64,000 nucleotides of DNA from Octopus bimaculoides (lineage: Eukaryota), in contig NC_069003.1 of NCBI RefSeq assembly GCF_001194135.2, positions 20,121,313 to 20,185,312 on the forward strand. Direction: 5' to 3'. The notes under the pieces were generated by a model. It was not told the DNA's origin. It was given only the letters and a program-made list of their open reading frames with translations, and made no database searches. Each line of letters starts with the position of its first letter. The first letter of the stretch is position 1. The position numbers were made by a program, and so were the translations under genes. Positions 61,741 through 64,000 of this stretch are shown one piece after another.

Positions 61741-62601
61741 GTATAGAAATTTTGCTTTACATTTCATCATTTCATGGTCTGCAATGATGAACAAATGATT
61801 GCAAAACTAGTTTTAAAGCAGCCAACGAGCTAAATGTTCTTTACGTGGATTAGAACCTAAAACCTTAAACATTTGAGTTTACTAAACATACATATCTTTT
61901 TCAAATCACTCGTTATCATCTTCACAAAAGAAGAAAAGGCTGTGTTATATGACTAAATCATCTGGTCGGTCTTCAATTACTTGGATTATGTCTGTATGTA
62001 ACATATAAATCAGAATTGGCAGAGCTAAAACATCTTTGATGGTGTCATAAGTTTGTTGGATTTGATCTAACCTTTAGTGAGTGCTAAACAACAATAACAA
62101 CAGCAACCACCACCACTACCACCACCACCTCCACTACTACAAACGCAACACAAGCTAGTGGAGCAGATTTTATATATATAGTCACTTGACCTGCTGGAAA
62201 TAGCTATCAAATTACCTTCAAATTGCATTTTAAGACAGTAATGCCTTGCATGATGTAGTGTTGGAATACAGTGTATCTGGAAAACCAAATGCTGGATGAA
62301 TATAGGAGGAACATCTTTCCATCATCGAACTTCTGGCTGGAGACTGACTTGATGTTAACAATAACAGCAACCACCACTACCACCACCACCACCACCACCA
62401 CCACCACTACCACCACCTCCACCACCATCACAGTAATAACAGAAATAGCTTTAAAATGTAGCAGTAATTCACTAATATTAAATGAAAGGGAATCAGGAAA
62501 CAAAAAAAGATGCTCCAGTTAGGGCTTTAAGCCAATGATTGTAACAAAGATTAAGAATAAAATTGACAAAAAGTAAATGAACAAGCAAAAAAGATCTGAG
62601 G

Positions 62602-63421
62602 ATGAACATGTCAAATAACTTTTCAGATCTTTTAACGAACAATGTATTTCATGAATCTCTTGTGCTTCGCATTGTGGAAGTGAGCATCATAGTAATTCTT
62701 ATTGTTCTCTGCGTAATTGGTAACTGTTTGTTGTTTTACATAATAGTTACTACTAGTCCACGCTGGTGGACAACACCAGCGAATTTCTTCAATGTCAATC
62801 TAGCGTTTACAGACTTGATGGTCGGAATCGTAGTGCTACCATTTATGGCTATGTCAATCAGTTGGCAGTCATGGCTGCTATCTGACTTCCTGTGTCAGAG
62901 TACAGCATTTGCCATGATCCTGCTCATGGCAAGTTCCACTCTAACATTGTCAGTTATTTCACTTGATCGCTACTTTTGCATCTGTCTGCCACTTCATTAC
63001 CAATCTGTAGTGACCACTGAACGGGTGGCCTCTGTTGTCACTGTTTTGTGGCTAACAAGCTTCCTATTGGCCAGTATACCACTGTTTGGTTGGGGTAGGT
63101 ACACATTCCGTCCTCAGTCCATACCGATATGCAGTGTGCTTTTGGAAGGTCAGCAGCGACATGTCATATTGCTTTGGTCTTTCATGATATTATTGCCGAT
63201 AACAGTGATGATCTACTCTTACGTGCAAATTCTAAAGGTTGCTCGGAAACAAGCAAATCAGATTGGATGTGTTGAGAACCATTTCAATTCTAGCATGATG
63301 ACTGGAACTAATGAAACCATTGGAACATCCCAGAATGGAACCATTTCTTTTGGGAACAATGACAGCAAGCACTTTGTGTCTCGCAGTTTGAAATCCCTGA
63401 AAATTGTATCAATTATCATTG
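62602..63421 (+). CDS. Class A (rhodopsin-like) GPCR, first coding exon (TM1-TM5, ICL3, start of TM6); orphan/amine-like
   Basis: TM1 GN, TM2 NLAFTD, TM3 Cys and LDRY, TM4 W, ECL2 Cys (PICS), TM5 LLP..MIYSY. Donor G|gtgagt at 63421/63422; the remainder lies beyond the window. Confidence 0.92.
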
Positions 63422-63778
63422 GTGAGTAATTAAAAAAGGCATTTTTTCTTATATCCTCATCGTTGTCGCCGTTGTCATCATAATCATCATCACTGGCACC
63501 ATCATTTTAACCCCCACTTCTTGCCTGCATGGGTCAGACAGAATATGCTGAGGCAGATTTTCTGTGGAGCTGGATGCCCTTTCTGTTACCTACCCTCACC
63601 TCTTTCAAAACAAGGTAGTATTTTCCCATAGCCAGACGTTTCCACTAAAGATTGGAAACAAAGGACACTGCTTGTATGACTGGTATGACAGTGATACTTG
63701 TTTACTTACATCATGCACTGTCAAATTGAGGAGTCCAAAACTCACCTGCATTGACATATATACCCATATATAGACATA

Positions 63779-63995
63779 TGAGGAGGTGCTGAGAAGTTCT
63801 TGGATTTAAAGAGTATCGCAAAAGGCCTGGTTGGAGGCCCAACCTTCCAAGTTCTTTTACAGGGCTTAAAAACTGAAGGACCACTTCAATAAGTGTGTGA
63901 ATCTGAGAGGGGAATATGTTGAATAAAATCATGATTAACTGATTCTCCTGTATGTTATTTGTTCCCAAAGCCAGAAACTTTTCAGCATCCCCTCG
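63779..63995. mobile_element. Mariner-derived MITE in the GPCR intron
   Basis: TIRs (TA)TGAGGAGGTGCTGAGAAGTTCTTGG and CCAGAAACTTTTCAGCATCCCCTCG(TA); internal remnant of the transposase 3' end (KCVNLRGEYVE*). Confidence 0.8.
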
Positions 63996-64000
63996 TATGC

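Noticed and set aside
62067-62522. Thr-rich ORFs upstream of the GPCR as an N-terminal extension
   Set aside because: In-frame stops separate them from ATG 62602 and they derive from (ACC)n repeats.

Overview
AT-rich, repeat-dense eukaryotic scaffold with 13 N-gaps. It is most likely an octopod cephalopod; this is inferred from CORE- and Nin-domain tRNA-SINEs, RTE-tailed SINEs and very high microsatellite density. No prokaryotic systems (CRISPR, operons) are present. Three host genes were reconstructed by hand from splice sites and translation. (1) The 3' end of MYSM1 (JAMM/MPN+ H2A deubiquitinase) on +, exons 1864-2050, 4738-4865, 7812-7978 and 10791-10937, with one exon missing and probably in the 5757-6752 gap. 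(2) A GT14 core-2/I-branching beta-1,6-GlcNAc-transferase (GCNT family) on -, exons 44078-43348 and 36017-35782, followed by TWO intact paralogous terminal exons (26599-26334 and 23370-23048) that the ORF track misses. (3) The first coding exon (TM1 to start of TM6) of a class A GPCR on + at 62602-63421. The rest is transposon debris: mariner/Tc1 copies and MITEs, a hAT MITE, Penelope-like elements with minimal hammerhead ribozymes, R4/Dong-type RLE retrotransposons, L1/Tx1-like and RTE LINEs, an RT-deleted Gypsy element, SINEs and mini/microsatellites. The best leads are the duplicated alternative last exon of the glycosyltransferase (with a shared 36-nt intronic motif and a difference at a donor-binding residue) and a Penelope terminal repeat that combines a tRNA-like Pol III head with a hammerhead ribozyme. 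All coordinates, alignments and identities are by eye; no database searches were run and family assignments rest on recalled motifs.
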